DNA of 64,000 bases from Octopus vulgaris (Eukaryota): the NCBI GenBank assembly GCA_951406725.2, contig OX597818.1:56978001-57042000 (forward strand), read 5' to 3'. A program made the position numbers and the translations under genes. Positions 11,621 through 23,941 of this stretch are shown in pieces; the stretch's first letter is position 1; each line of letters starts with the position of its first letter. Under the pieces are notes generated by a model, which ran no database searches, had not been told where the DNA came from, and was given only the letters and a program-made list of their open reading frames with translations.

Positions 11621-13197
11621 ATATGTATATATCTGGCCCAAATATTCCACCTGTTTTAATGTTCAAATTACCTTGATCCAGCCTCTCGCACGTACCCTAC
11701 AATGTCATTCTAAAAATATCCAATCACATCACTGGAATCTTGAAGCTACAAAGCAATGCATGATTTATTTGAAGCACTGTAAACAAGCATTACATCTCAC
11801 AGACTACTTTGAATGCTAAAGGGTTAAACGTATTAAATTCGTTTTTTTTAACCACAAAATATCCTTGCAAAATATGAGTTCATCTTATGCAGGAATGCAT
11901 CTTATACGCCAACAACGAATATGGTACAGCAATATTCATAAATAACATTTACGCAACGTATCATGAACAACCACAATATCAACAATTGACATTTACAACA
12001 ATATCCGATAACAACTCCTGTCAATTTGCAGCACTTTTCTAACCTTATCATGCCATGTCCCCGGTGTTAGCAGAAACAGCCTAAATTCAATCTCTACTGC
12101 ATTCCCATTAAAGTGGTAATGAACTGCACATGTAGAAAAAAGTAGATGAAATGCTAAAAATAGACTCAACCGATCATGTTGCAGCTTTGTAGTTGAGTGT
12201 GTTTGTGACTCATTGTTAATGGTGTCCCTCAAAGCCGTTGTTTACTTTTGTTTTTAATCAAAAAGAAAACATATTTTTCTGCAATGAAACACGAATATAA
12301 TAAACCCGGCACTTCATCTGGTAAAATCTTTACAATTGGAGAAATTACTGGTGATATTTTATTCTTCAGACAAAGTGTTTACCCTTATAAAGGCGGTGAG
12401 CTGGCAGAACCGTTAGCACTGGGCGAAATGCGTAGCCGTATTTCGTCTGCCGTTATGTTCTGAGTTCAAATTCCGCTGAGGTCGACTTAGCCTTTCATCC
12501 TTTTGGGGTCGATAAATAAAGGACCAGTTGCATACTGGGGTCGATGTAATCGACTTAATCCGTGTGTCTGTCCTTGTTTGTTCTCTCTGTGTTTATCCCC
12601 TTGTGGATAATAAAGAAAAAGAAGAGTTTACCCTTATCTGGTATGTGAAAAACAACATTTGAGCATGGTCGTTGCCAGTGCCACTGGACTGGCTCCCGTG
12701 CAGGTGGCACGTAAGAAACACCTTTGAGTGGTGGCACATCAAAAGCACCCACTACATGCTAGGAGTGGTTGATATTAGGAAGAGCATCCAGCTGTGGAAA
12801 CTTTGCTAGATCAGATTGGAGCCTGGTACCAACCACTCTGAGAGTGTAGTGGGTGCTTTTACATGCCACCGGCATGAGGGCCAGTCAGGCAGTACTGGCA
12901 ACGGCACGCTCAAATGGTGTTTTTTATGTGCCACCTGCACAGGAGCCAGTCCAGCAGCACTGGCAATGACCTCGCTCAAATGTTTTGTTCATGTACCATT
13001 CGCACAAGTGCCAGTAAGGTGACGCTGGTGATGATCACGCTCAAATAGTACTTTCCACATGCCACTGGCACGGAAGCTGCTCTATCAACGATCATACTTG
13101 GATGGTGCTCTTAGTGCTCAACTAGCACGGATGCTAGTCATTGGATTTGATTTCGATTTCAATTTCGATTTCACTTGCTTCAACAGGTCTTTGTGCA

Positions 13198-13338
<141 letters not shown>

Positions 13339-13427
13339 ATTTGCTTGTTCAACAGGTCTGCTTGTGAAAACCTGTTGAGGCTCTTAATGTGTATTATTAT
13401 TGCTCCAATTAAATCAAGTAAATGATC

Positions 13428-13460
<33 letters not shown>

Positions 13461-13778
13461 TGCAAATTTTTTGGAATATGTTTGAGATGGTTGGTTTCCT
13501 ATATTTTTAAATATGCAAAGCGAAGGTGAATGGCCTCATGGTTAGGGTGCTGCACTTAAGATTGCAAGATTGCAGTTTCAATTTATCTGACTGGGCATCA
13601 CCTGTAAAAGAGTAACCTTGCAACAGACTGCATCCCATTCAGAGGAATGTTGTGATCTTGATAACTGACCCTAGGAATCCTAGGAAACTGGGTAATTGGC
13701 CCCAGGAGTTCTAGAACTTGAGAGAGTAGTGTCCGGGTGTGTTACTAATTCTATCATATTTTCTGATTCCCATTTCAG

Positions 13779-13894
13779 GCTGTATTCAAGAACTATGACC
13801 ATGACAAAGATGGCTTCATCTGTAATGCTGAGTTCGAAGCAATTGCAGGAAATTTCCCATTTATTGATTCCTTTTGTGTCCTTGATGCTGACAA
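13779..13894 (+). CDS. RasGRP: RasGRP exon: [38 protein letters not shown](K), EF-hand 1 and start of EF-hand 2
   Basis: catttcag acceptor and gtaaga donor at 13895; 116 nt, phase 0/2. Contains the EF loop [12 protein letters not shown]. Confidence 0.95.
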
Positions 13895-14084
13895 GTAAGA
13901 ACTTGCATTTTATTTTCATTTTTGATTATTCATATGCAAATTTTTATGAAAATCATAATTTTTTGACTATTAAAATTTTGTCTATAGACACAGGTTTGGC
14001 TGTTTGGTTAAAAGTTTGCTGCCAGACCACAGGGTTCCGGGTTCAGTCTCACTGTGAGGCACCTTGGGCAGGTGTCTTCCATTA

Positions 14085-14710
14085 TAATCTTGGGTGCTCC
14101 AACTCCTTGTCTGTCTGGAAGACAAAGTCCCAGAGGATTTTTGCCTTCCCCTTTTCACCCATTACCTTTTCCGGTGTATGTTGGTGCCAAGTATCCGTAA
14201 CCTCATATCCATACTTACGGCATAGTAGCCAGTGGAGGTTTTGGGCTACTTTGTCGTGTCTACGCTTGTACTCTTTCTGCACAAGAATTTCACAAACACT
14301 AACAATGGGAGTCACGGTTTCAACCCTCTTCCCACACATTCTGCAGAAGTCTGTTGCACTTGTGTGGTAGATATTCTTTTTCACTGAATTAGTATTTAAT
14401 GCCTGGTCTTGGGCAGCGATGATTAGGCTTTCAGTATTCTTTTTCAGGTCAACCTTTAATAATTGCTTAACAATTGTTAAACCACCTCCATGAAGCTTCC
14501 TTGTCTTTTCATTTGTTGGTTTCATGTAGAGTAGGGTTTTTTTTCTCTCTTATTGGCTATTCTTGATCGGAATTCATGAGCACTCTCAAGTCCGTTTTAG
14601 TTAAATCCTTCTGCATTAGCAATCATACTGCAGCAGGTCTGGTTTGCTGTTTACCAAATATTCTGCCATGTTTCTTCTTTCACTGTTGATGCACTCCCAT
14701 ACACTAATCA
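14085..14710 (-). mobile_element. R4/Dong-clade (restriction-like endonuclease) non-LTR retrotransposon fragment
   Basis: LKKNTESLIIAAQDQALNTN...CRMCGKRVETVTPIVSVC...YKRRHDKVA...KILWDFVFQTDKELEH: degenerate CCHC knuckle, RHD motif and WD segment preceding the PD nuclease motif. Confidence 0.8.
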
Positions 14711-14910
14711 GCTCTATTATTATTACTATTACTATTCCTTTTTTACTTGTTTCAGTCATTTGACAGTGGCCATGCTGGAGCACTACCTTTTTTTTTTAGT
14801 CAAATAAATTGACCTCAGGACTTATTCTTTGTAAGCCTAGTCTCTTTTGCTGAACCACTAAGTTACAAGAACATAAACACACCAACATCAGTTGTCAAAC
14901 GATGGTGGTG

Positions 14911-14955
<45 letters not shown>

Positions 14956-15143
14956 GACGGGCTTCTTTCAGTTTCCATCTATCAAATCCACTCACAAGGC
15001 TTTGGTTGGCATGAGGCTATCGTAGAAGATACTTACCCAAGGTGTTGCACAGTGGGACTGAACCCTGAACCATGTGGTTGGGAAGCAAGCTTGTTACCAC
15101 ACAGCAACTCCTGCACCTATTATTATTTTTATTATCATCATCA

Positions 15144-15201
<58 letters not shown>

Positions 15202-15781
15202 CAAGTGAGTTCATGGCTCGCAGGACGGCCTGCTGTGCTAACCTTGGATCATAGAGTGACCCGCTGTTCTTGAGGAGACCTATTGAGTCAAGTACGTCAA
15301 CACCAACATCAAAATGAAAATCAAATGGAAACTGTAGTTAAGACACCTGTGCTGGTGACACATAAAAAGTACCATCCGAATGTGGTAGATGCCAGCACCA
15401 CCTGACTGGCGTCTGTGTCGGTGACACGTAAAAGCACTAACCGATCGTGGCTGTTTGCCAGCCTGCTCTGACCCCTGTGCCAGTGGCATGTAAAAAACAC
15501 CTACTACACTCACGGAGTGGTTGGCGTTAGGAAGGGCATCCAGCTGTAGAAACACTGCCAGATCAAACTGGAGCCTGGTGCAGCCTCCATGGCTTCCCAG
15601 ACCCTGGTCGAACTGTCCAACCCATGCTAGCATGGAAAACAGACGTTAAATGATGATGATGATGATGATTTTACGAATTTGGATTTTTGCATATTGCTCA
15701 GATGAAATTATTTGTAAGGGAGTTTTATTTATTCTGTTTATTTATTTGTCTCTCTCTCTCTCTATTTTTTCGTCACTGCAG

Positions 15782-15920
15782 GGATGGTATGATAAGCAAA
15801 TCCGAAATGAAAACATATTTTATACGTGCCAACTGCCATTCACTGCGAAGCAGCTTCAAACATGATTTTCACGAGAAAACCTATTTTCAACCAACATTTT
15901 GTACTCATTGTACTGGACTG
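15782..15920 (+). CDS. RasGRP: RasGRP exon: (K)DGMISKSEMKTYFIRANCHSLRSSFKHDFHEKTYFQPTFCTHCTGL, EF-hand 2 and first half of C1
   Basis: cactgcag acceptor and gtgaga donor at 15921; 139 nt, phase 2/0, compatible with the previous exon (AA+G = Lys). Confidence 0.95.
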
Positions 15921-16333
15921 GTGAGACATCATTAATTAATCAAATCATTTCATCTTTATTATCGTTTTTTTTAATTGTATTTCACATGCATATAATATTT
16001 ATTCTGTTGATTCTGACTACAAAATGTTGTGATGATATTGTGAGAATTTAGTTCAAGTTCCCATGAGAGATTTGAACTAGCGCTGTAAATTTTGCATCTG
16101 AATTTAGTTGGATATTTCCAGGCTCTTTCAGACAATTTAAATCCAGTATGGTATTGTGTGTGTGTGTAAGGCGGCGAGCTGGCAGAAACGTTAGCATGCC
16201 GGGAGAACTGCTTAGCGGTATTTCCTCTGCCGCTACATTCTGAGTTCAAATTCCACCGAGAGACACACATACACACACAGAGCGGATATCAAATATCATT
16301 GATGAGGAACATTCTTCCACTATCTAACCTATA

Positions 16334-16412
16334 TTTCTCTGATGATGGAATCTCCAACTTACTTGATGCAATGCTCCAATATTTGGGATATCCCAGAAGC
16401 AGCTGTCAGAGA
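16334..16412 (+). ncRNA. Degenerate hammerhead-like motif (same architecture as 62142-62191)
   Basis: UUUCU-CUGAUGA-UGGAAU...AUCCCA-GAAG-CAGCU-GUC|AGAGA. A15.1 is mutated to G. Confidence 0.45.
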
Positions 16413-16543
16413 CTGTCTTTACCATTTTGTACTATTTTTTGCCATTCGTTATGTGGGTAAACTTTTAGATTGAATTACATGAAATTAAATGTCCTTGTGT
16501 TGCCTTTCCTCACTATTTTAACCCATTTATATATGAGATCGTA

Positions 16544-17011
16544 CAGTTCTATATTTAAGAGATGAGGAATTTATGTACATTATTTACATTCGACGGATAT
16601 TTGTTCTCATCTTGTTTGTTGTTAACACAACGTTTTGGCTGATATACCCTCCAGCCTTCATCAGGTGTCTTGGGGAAATTTTGAAATTATTATTATTATT
16701 TATTATTATTATTGTTATTTTTATTGTTATTGTTCAGGTCACTACCTGGAATTGAACTCGGAATCTTGGGGTTAGTGCTCTTAACCACTACACTATATGC
16801 CCATGGGCAATTATGGAGTGAATTTTTAATGCTTATAAATCTAATATTTTCCTATCCTTCCTTAATACCGGTATCTTAGGAATGAGAACCCAGGTTTGAA
16901 ATTTCCCCAATACACCTGATGAAGGCTGGAGGGATTAACAGCCGAAATGCTGTGTTAACAACAAACAAGATGAGGACAAATATCCGTCAAATGTAAATAA
17001 TGTAAATAATG
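16544..17011. mobile_element. Penelope-like composite insertion B (same family as A) with a perfect 12-bp TSD
   Basis: TSD tatgagatcgta at 16532-16543 and 17012-17023. Inverted arms 16544-16685 and 16870-17011 each carry CTGATGA-A-GGCTG...CAGCC-(G/A)AAA. Antisense tRNA-like head and (ATT)n lie between them. Confidence 0.75.
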
Positions 17012-17486
17012 TATGAGATCGTAGTTGTGGCCCAGTGTTGCATAACTGGCACATAAAAAGCACCCTTTGAACATTGGGCGATATGCTGCGTTTACGAAAA
17101 CCTGTCAAGTCAAATGAAATCTTAGTTGTGAATGATGTCAGTGCTGTCTGACTGGCATCTGTACCGGTGGCACGTAAAAAGGACCGTTTGAGGTGTTGTG
17201 CCTCATGAAGGCAGTGACAGGGGACTGAGACCTTTGGTGATATATCGTGTTTGAGAAGATCTGTGAAGCTTAATGAGGTAGTAGTTGTGGTCGATGTCAG
17301 TGTCATGTCAGTGGCACCTGTGCTGGTGGCACGTAAAAAAGCACCCACTACACTCTTGGAGTGGTTGGTGTTAGGAGGGGCATCCAGCTGTAGAAACTCT
17401 GTCAGATCAGATTGGAACTCCCTTGCTTACCAGTTTTCGGCCAAACCAACCAACCAATGGCAGCATGGAAAAACGGATGTTGTTGA

Positions 17487-17950
17487 ATGATGATGATGAT
17501 GATGATGAGTGGGGTGGTGATAGTTATGGAAGGTGGTGGTGGTGGTAGTTTTGGTAGTGGTGGTAGTGGAAGGTGGTGGTGGTGGTGGTAGTAGTGATGG
17601 TGGTAGTGGAAGGTGTTGGTGGTAGTAGTGGAAGATGGTGGTAGTTTTAGTTGTGGTGGTAGTGATGGTGGAAGGTGGTGGTGGTAGTAGTGGTGGTGGT
17701 AGTAGTGGTGGTGGTAGTAGTAGTGGTGGTAGTGATGGTGGAAGGTGGTGGTGGTGGTAGTGGTGGTAGTGGTGGAAGGTGGTGGTGGTAGTAGTGGTAG
17801 TAGCTGATAGAGGTGGTTGCAACAATGGTGGTTGTAGTGTTGAATGGTGGTGGCAGTAGGTGATGGATGGTGGTGGAAGGTGGTGGAAGGTGGTGGATGG
17901 TGGTGGTGGTGGTGGTGGTGGTGGAAGGTGGTGGTGGTGGTGGTGGTTGT
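17487..17950. repeat. Compound (GAT)/(GGT)/(AGT) trinucleotide tract with GGAA interruptions
   Basis: Directly visible. Confidence 0.9.
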
Positions 17951-18102
17951 GATATAAATGTGGTGTAAGCTGACAAAGACCAGTTTAGAACTGTTAAGCA
18001 AACAGAATTATCTCAATTACCCTTTGTTAAGACATCATTAGTTTTATGTGTCAGATGACAAATGTTAGATCTCACAGTCCCCCCCCCCCCTCATTATCTC
18101 TC

Positions 18103-18131
18103 ACACACAGACATCACACACATGCACACAC

Positions 18132-18177
<46 letters not shown>

Positions 18178-19032
18178 GCACATGCACACACAAACATGGA
18201 CGTGGACATACACACACATGCAGATACATGGATGCACACACACATGTACATACATGGAGTTACACACACATGCATGCACATATATGGACATGAATACACA
18301 CATGCACACACACACACATGCACACATGCACACACAAACATGGACATGGACATACACACACACGCAGATACATGGATGCACACACAAACATGGACATGGA
18401 CATACACACACATGCACATACATGGATACACACACATGCACATACATGGATGCACACACATGCACATACATGGTCATACACACACATGCATGCACATATA
18501 TGGACATGAATACACACATGCACAAACATGGACACATGCACTCACACATGCACACGCACATACATGCACAAACATGGACATACACACACACATGCATATA
18601 CATGGACATACACACATATATGCACAAACATGGATACACACACACACACACACAGTTACATGCACATACATGGAATTACACACACACACACATGCATGTG
18701 CATACACAGATATGGACACACACATGCACAAACATGGACACATGCACTCACACATGCACACACACATACATGGACGTGGGGACACACACATACACATGGA
18801 CATGGACATACACACACATATATGCACATACACACATATATGCACAAACATGGATAGACACACACACACACACATTTACATGCCTGTACACATACACACT
18901 CATGCACATGCATGGACGTAGTCACACAAACACACATATGTATATGATTACAGACACAGACACACATACACACATTCACATATATAGACACGCACACACA
19001 CACACATGTGCACATGCACATACACACACACA

Positions 19033-19068
<36 letters not shown>

Positions 19069-19707
19069 CACTCACGCACATATACACACACATGCACAAA
19101 CATGGACACACACACACACGCACACAAACGCACTCACGCACATATATGGACGTGGACACACACATTCACAAACATGGACATACACTCACATACACACATG
19201 TACATTCATGGACATGGATACACACACACATGCACGAACATAGACACACACACACACACACATACATACATACATGGACATGAACACACACACGCACATA
19301 CATGGACACACACACACATGGACATACACACACACATGCACAAACATAGACACACGCACACACATACACACACACATGGACATACACACACACATGCACA
19401 TACATGGACACACACACACATGGACATACACACACACATGCACAAACATGGACACACACACACACACATACACACATACATGGACATGAACACACACGCA
19501 CATACATGGACACACACACACACACATGGACATACACACACACATGCACAAACATGAACACACACACACATGGACATACACGCACACATGCACAAACATG
19601 GACACACACACACACACATACACACATACATGGACATGAACACACACGCACATACATGGACACACACACACACACATGGACATACACACACACATGCACA
19701 AACATGG

Positions 19708-19738
<31 letters not shown>

Positions 19739-19742
19739 TACA
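18103..19742. repeat. 1.6-kb CA-rich cryptic minisatellite with recurrent CATGGA/CATGCA motifs
   Basis: Directly visible; source of the His/Thr and Cys/Val ORFs. Confidence 0.9.
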
Positions 19743-19992
19743 ATAAACCGGAAGAATCTTTAGGATCAGGTCCTGGCTGTCTATAGGCAGAGGCATGGCT
19801 GTATTGTTTGGAGGCTCACTTTACAACCAAGAGGCTTGAGGTTCAATCCCCCTCCATAGCAACTTGGATGAGTCTTTTCTACTTTAGCCCTGGGCCATCT
19901 AATACCTTGTGTATGTATTTGGCAATATACTTGATAGAGTAATTTGAATGTTATAAAAGGTTAAATATGCCAGCATGGAAAGTGGATATTAA

Positions 19993-19998
19993 ATGATG

Positions 19999-20061
<63 letters not shown>

Positions 20062-20079
20062 GTGATGATGGTGATGATG

Positions 20080-20111
<32 letters not shown>

Positions 20112-20134
20112 GATGGTGATGATGGTGATGATGG

Positions 20135-20166
<32 letters not shown>

Positions 20167-20167
20167 G
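19993..20167. repeat. (GAT)n/(GGT) microsatellite, tail of an RTE end
   Basis: Follows gcatggaaagtggatattaa. Confidence 0.9.
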
Positions 20168-20211
20168 TTTTAATATATGTTTAATATAATATATATTATT
20201 TCTCTTTCTAG

Positions 20212-20248
20212 CTTTGGGGCCTCATTAAACAAGGATGGAAATGTAAAG
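20212..20248 (+). CDS. RasGRP: RasGRP 37-nt small exon: LWGLIKQGWKCK(D), C1 ligand-binding loop
   Basis: tctctttctag acceptor and gtagat donor at 20249; phase 0/1. It supplies the LWG-x-x-KQG motif required by C1 spacing. Confidence 0.93.
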
Positions 20249-20298
20249 GTAGATATACTTGTATTATCATTGAGTTTGTATTATGTGTCTGTGTGTAA

Positions 20299-21060
20299 AG
20301 GTGGGGCGAGTTGGCAGAATCGTTAGCATGCCGGGCAAAATGCTTAGCTGTATTTCATCTGTTGCTAATGTTCTGAGTTCAAATTCCGCCGAGGTCGACT
20401 TTGCCTTTCATCCTTTCGGGGTCGATTATATAAGTACCAGTTATGCATTGGGGTCGATATAATCGATTTAATCCATTTGTCTGTCCTTATTTGTCCCCTC
20501 TGTGTTTAGCCCCTTGTGGGTAATAAAGAAATAGGTATTTCGCCTGCCGCTACGTTCTGAGTTCAAATTCTGCCGAGGTTGACTTTGCCTTTCATCCTTT
20601 CGGGGTCGATTAAATAAGCACCAATACGCACTGGGTTCAATGTAATCCGTGTGTCTGTCCTTGTTTGTCCCTTCTGTGTGTAGCCCCTTGTGGGTAGTAA
20701 AGAAATAAGTATTTTGTCTGCCACTACGTTCTGAGTTCAAATTCCACCAAGGTCGACTTTGCCTTTCATCCTTTTGGGGTCGATAAATTAAGTACCAGTT
20801 ACGCACTGGGGTCGATGAAATCGACTTAATCCATTTGTCTGTCCTTGTTTGTCCTCTCTGTGTTTAGCCCCTTGTGGGTAGTAAAGAAATAGGTATTTCA
20901 TCTGTTGTTAACGTTCTGATTTCAAGTTCCACCAAGGTCGACTTTGCCTTTCATCCTTTTGGGGTTAATTAAATAAGAACCAGATATGCACTGGGGTCGA
21001 TGTAATTGACTTAACCCCTTTGTCTGTCCTTGTTTAGTCCCCTGTGGGCAATAAAGAAAT
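20299..21060 (+). mobile_element. SINE family B tandem tetramer
   Basis: One headed unit followed by three headless ~175-185-nt units, with junctions at about 20534, 20708 and 20892. Other copies at 3683-3915, 12390-12620, 26015-26185(-), 38030-38407(-), 46101-46519 and 62475-62625. Confidence 0.85.
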
Positions 21061-21605
21061 AAAATATTATGTGTCTGTGTACATATGTACGTAACAAAAT
21101 ATTGGATTTGGCAGACAGAAACTGAAAGCTGAAACCCATCTATGCAATAGGTATTTTTATGTCTTCCTGTTTTGATATCGCTTGCCAATTGTAAGCAGGT
21201 GTTCCATTTATACCTGTGATGTTTGTTTACAATCTTTTGTGAAAAAAATAATCTGCTTTTGTGTCTTTTGTTGTTTTGAAGGACAAGTGGTGGTGATGGT
21301 GGGGAATATCACCTTGCTCACAAACAGTTGAGGGTTGGTGAGCAACCAGGTGTGAAAGAGTATCTGAGTGTGGAAAATCTGAATTATTATTCAGGTGATA
21401 ATTGGAAGACTTGGTAGAGTGTCAGAGAAATTACCTTGCCGTATTTAGTTGCATACCTCTATGTTTTGAGTTCAAATACCGCTGAAGATGACTTTGCCTT
21501 TCCTTCTTTCAGGAGCGATAGAATAAGCACTAATCAGATACTGACATTGGTATAACTGACTCTTCCCTCTCTCCATAGTTCTTACCTGCCTTGGATTAAA
21601 GAAAC

Positions 21606-21657
<52 letters not shown>

Positions 21658-21961
21658 TGTGATCACCATGACCGACCAGGCTATCAGATGTTGTTACACA
21701 TCGCTGGTCACAATGCGCTTCGCATTGTTTTAGCCTTCAAATGACGCCACCCCGCTGGCTAAGTGAGCAGGCCAACAGAAGAAAGAGTGAGAGAAAGTTG
21801 TGGCGAAAGAGTACAGCAGGGATCGCCACCACCTCCTGCCGGAGCCTCGTGGAGAATTAGGTGTTTTCGCTCAATAAACACTCACAACGCCCGGTCTGGG
21901 AATCGAAACTGCAATCCTACGAGCGCGAATCCGCTGCCCTAACCACTGGGCCATTGCGCCT

Positions 21962-22041
<80 letters not shown>

Positions 22042-22831
22042 AGAGTTCACAAAAAAATACAAAAGACAAAGACAGGTGGTGTACAAAACAAACAGATGTA
22101 TTAGTATAACGCTCAGGAATAGAAAAAGTCTTTTATGTTTCGAGCCTACGCTCTTCTACAGAAAGGGACACAGAAAAAACAAGGAGAGAAAAAAAAATGT
22201 GTGTAGTGGCTACCGATCTATCATGGCGAGGCGACTATATATATATATATATATAGTAGTTGTAGCCAGTGCTGCCTGATGGGCACCCATACAGGTGGCA
22301 TGTAATAAGCACCATTTGAGTGTGAGTTGATGCTAGTGTCAACTGGCTGGAAGTGTTATCATGTTCATTATTTTGTCTTGATATATAAAAGATGGGCTAC
22401 AGCAAACATTCTGCTCAATACCACAGATTTGCTTGTCAGTTGTTTGACCTTAAACGGTTGAGCATGTCCCTTAGTGGCTGACGATATGTGCATCTCTGAT
22501 CACGAGCAGAACAGCCATGTGTTGAGAGGGATTCTTTTGGGTTTGGATGATTCACCTTTGGAAACATGGGTGTTTCATTCAACATCCTTAAACAACCCTT
22601 AAACAAGGACCATTTGAATGGGATGAGCTACTCGACCTGAAAAAAATTCTGGGTTCCACCTGCAAGGTCATGCACTGTTTATCTTGATATGAGATCACCA
22701 TGTCGCGCACATATGGTTGTAATGCATGTGCCTGGTGTACCCTTATCAGACGGCTAGTCATGATGGGTATATTGGGTTTTGTATATTTGTACCCCAGTGT
22801 CACTTTGATGGTATGCACTGCTCTCTCACTC

Positions 22832-22866
<35 letters not shown>

Positions 22867-22928
22867 TATTAACTGTTATAATAAACTTGTATGTGTTCTA
22901 CATTTTCTCTTATGGTCTTTTCCTTCAG

Positions 22929-23027
22929 ATTGTACCATCAATGTACACAAGCACTGTAAAGATATGGTTGTTATGGAATGTCGACCAAAGTTAAACAGCC
23001 CACGCAGGCATGATTCTGTTTTTAATG
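22929..23027 (+). CDS. RasGRP: RasGRP exon: (D)CTINVHKHCKDMVVMECRPKLNSPRRHDSVFN, end of C1
   Basis: ttccttcag acceptor and gtgagt donor at 23028; 99 nt, phase 1/1. Completes H-x12-C-x2-C-x13-C-x2-C-x4-H-x2-C-x7-C. Confidence 0.95.
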
Positions 23028-23444
23028 GTGAGTCTGTTTATGAAAATTATCTCTTCCATCCAACTCCTTATACTCCCTCCTGCTTTCTCTGTTTATCTCA
23101 TGGACTCTCCTGTTATTAGACGACGTATGAGGGTTCTGCAAGTTTTTGCTGAACAGCCACACAGAGTTGGTTTCTTTATAGTGATCAAATGTTTGTGTTC
23201 ACATAAGCTCCCTCCCTCCATCAAATCGACATTAATACCTGTACAGGTGCAACAGGTGCCATATGTCAGATGATGTAATGATTGCAGCGCAATGTAAAAT
23301 GAAGTGTTTTGCTCAAAAACACAACGCAGTCTTGGTCTGGGAATCGAAACCACAATTTTGCAATCATGAGCACAACACCCTAACCACTAAGCCATGTGCC
23401 TTCATCTCTGTGTGTATGTGTGTGTGTGTATATATGTATGCATG

Positions 23445-23487
<43 letters not shown>

Positions 23488-23941
23488 CGGAGATGTACTT
23501 GCCTTGCAAGTGAGTTGATCTGAGATCGTGTGCTGGAACGAAAACAATTGCAGCGTGGAAGGTGTTTGTAAGCCATTTAAGAAACACACAAAAACCGTTC
23601 AATTCACTTCAATATTTAAGTTTAATTTGTCAAAATATTTTCGTCACTAAAATCCGCGACCTGTTCACCGACAAAAATCCGTGCTGCATGTAATATTTTA
23701 TTTGCTTACCTATTACAGTATCATCAAATGTCTAGTATTAGATAATCATCCTCATGCTGTTTCATTCTTATTAGAAATCATCAGTATGACGACCTGAGTT
23801 TAAATTGTTTAAATTAAATCAAACATTTTACGAAATGAGCAATTTCTTATAGATTGAAAATAATTAGAGTTTATTTTTTAACGAATTCTACGGCTCACCA
23901 CGTATCTTACCATTTTTTTTTTTTTTTTTTCTTTTTCTCAG

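Noticed and set aside
13696-14370. 224-aa + strand ORF
   Set aside because: It overlaps the real exon in a different frame, then runs through SINE and antisense LINE sequence.
17402-18001. Pro/Thr/His-rich mucin- or extensin-like ORFs
   Set aside because: They come from a trinucleotide microsatellite.
18046-19796. Long His/Thr- and Cys/Val-rich ORFs (up to 393 aa)
   Set aside because: They are translations of CA-rich simple repeat and are open in many frames on both strands. The tract lies inside a RasGRP intron.
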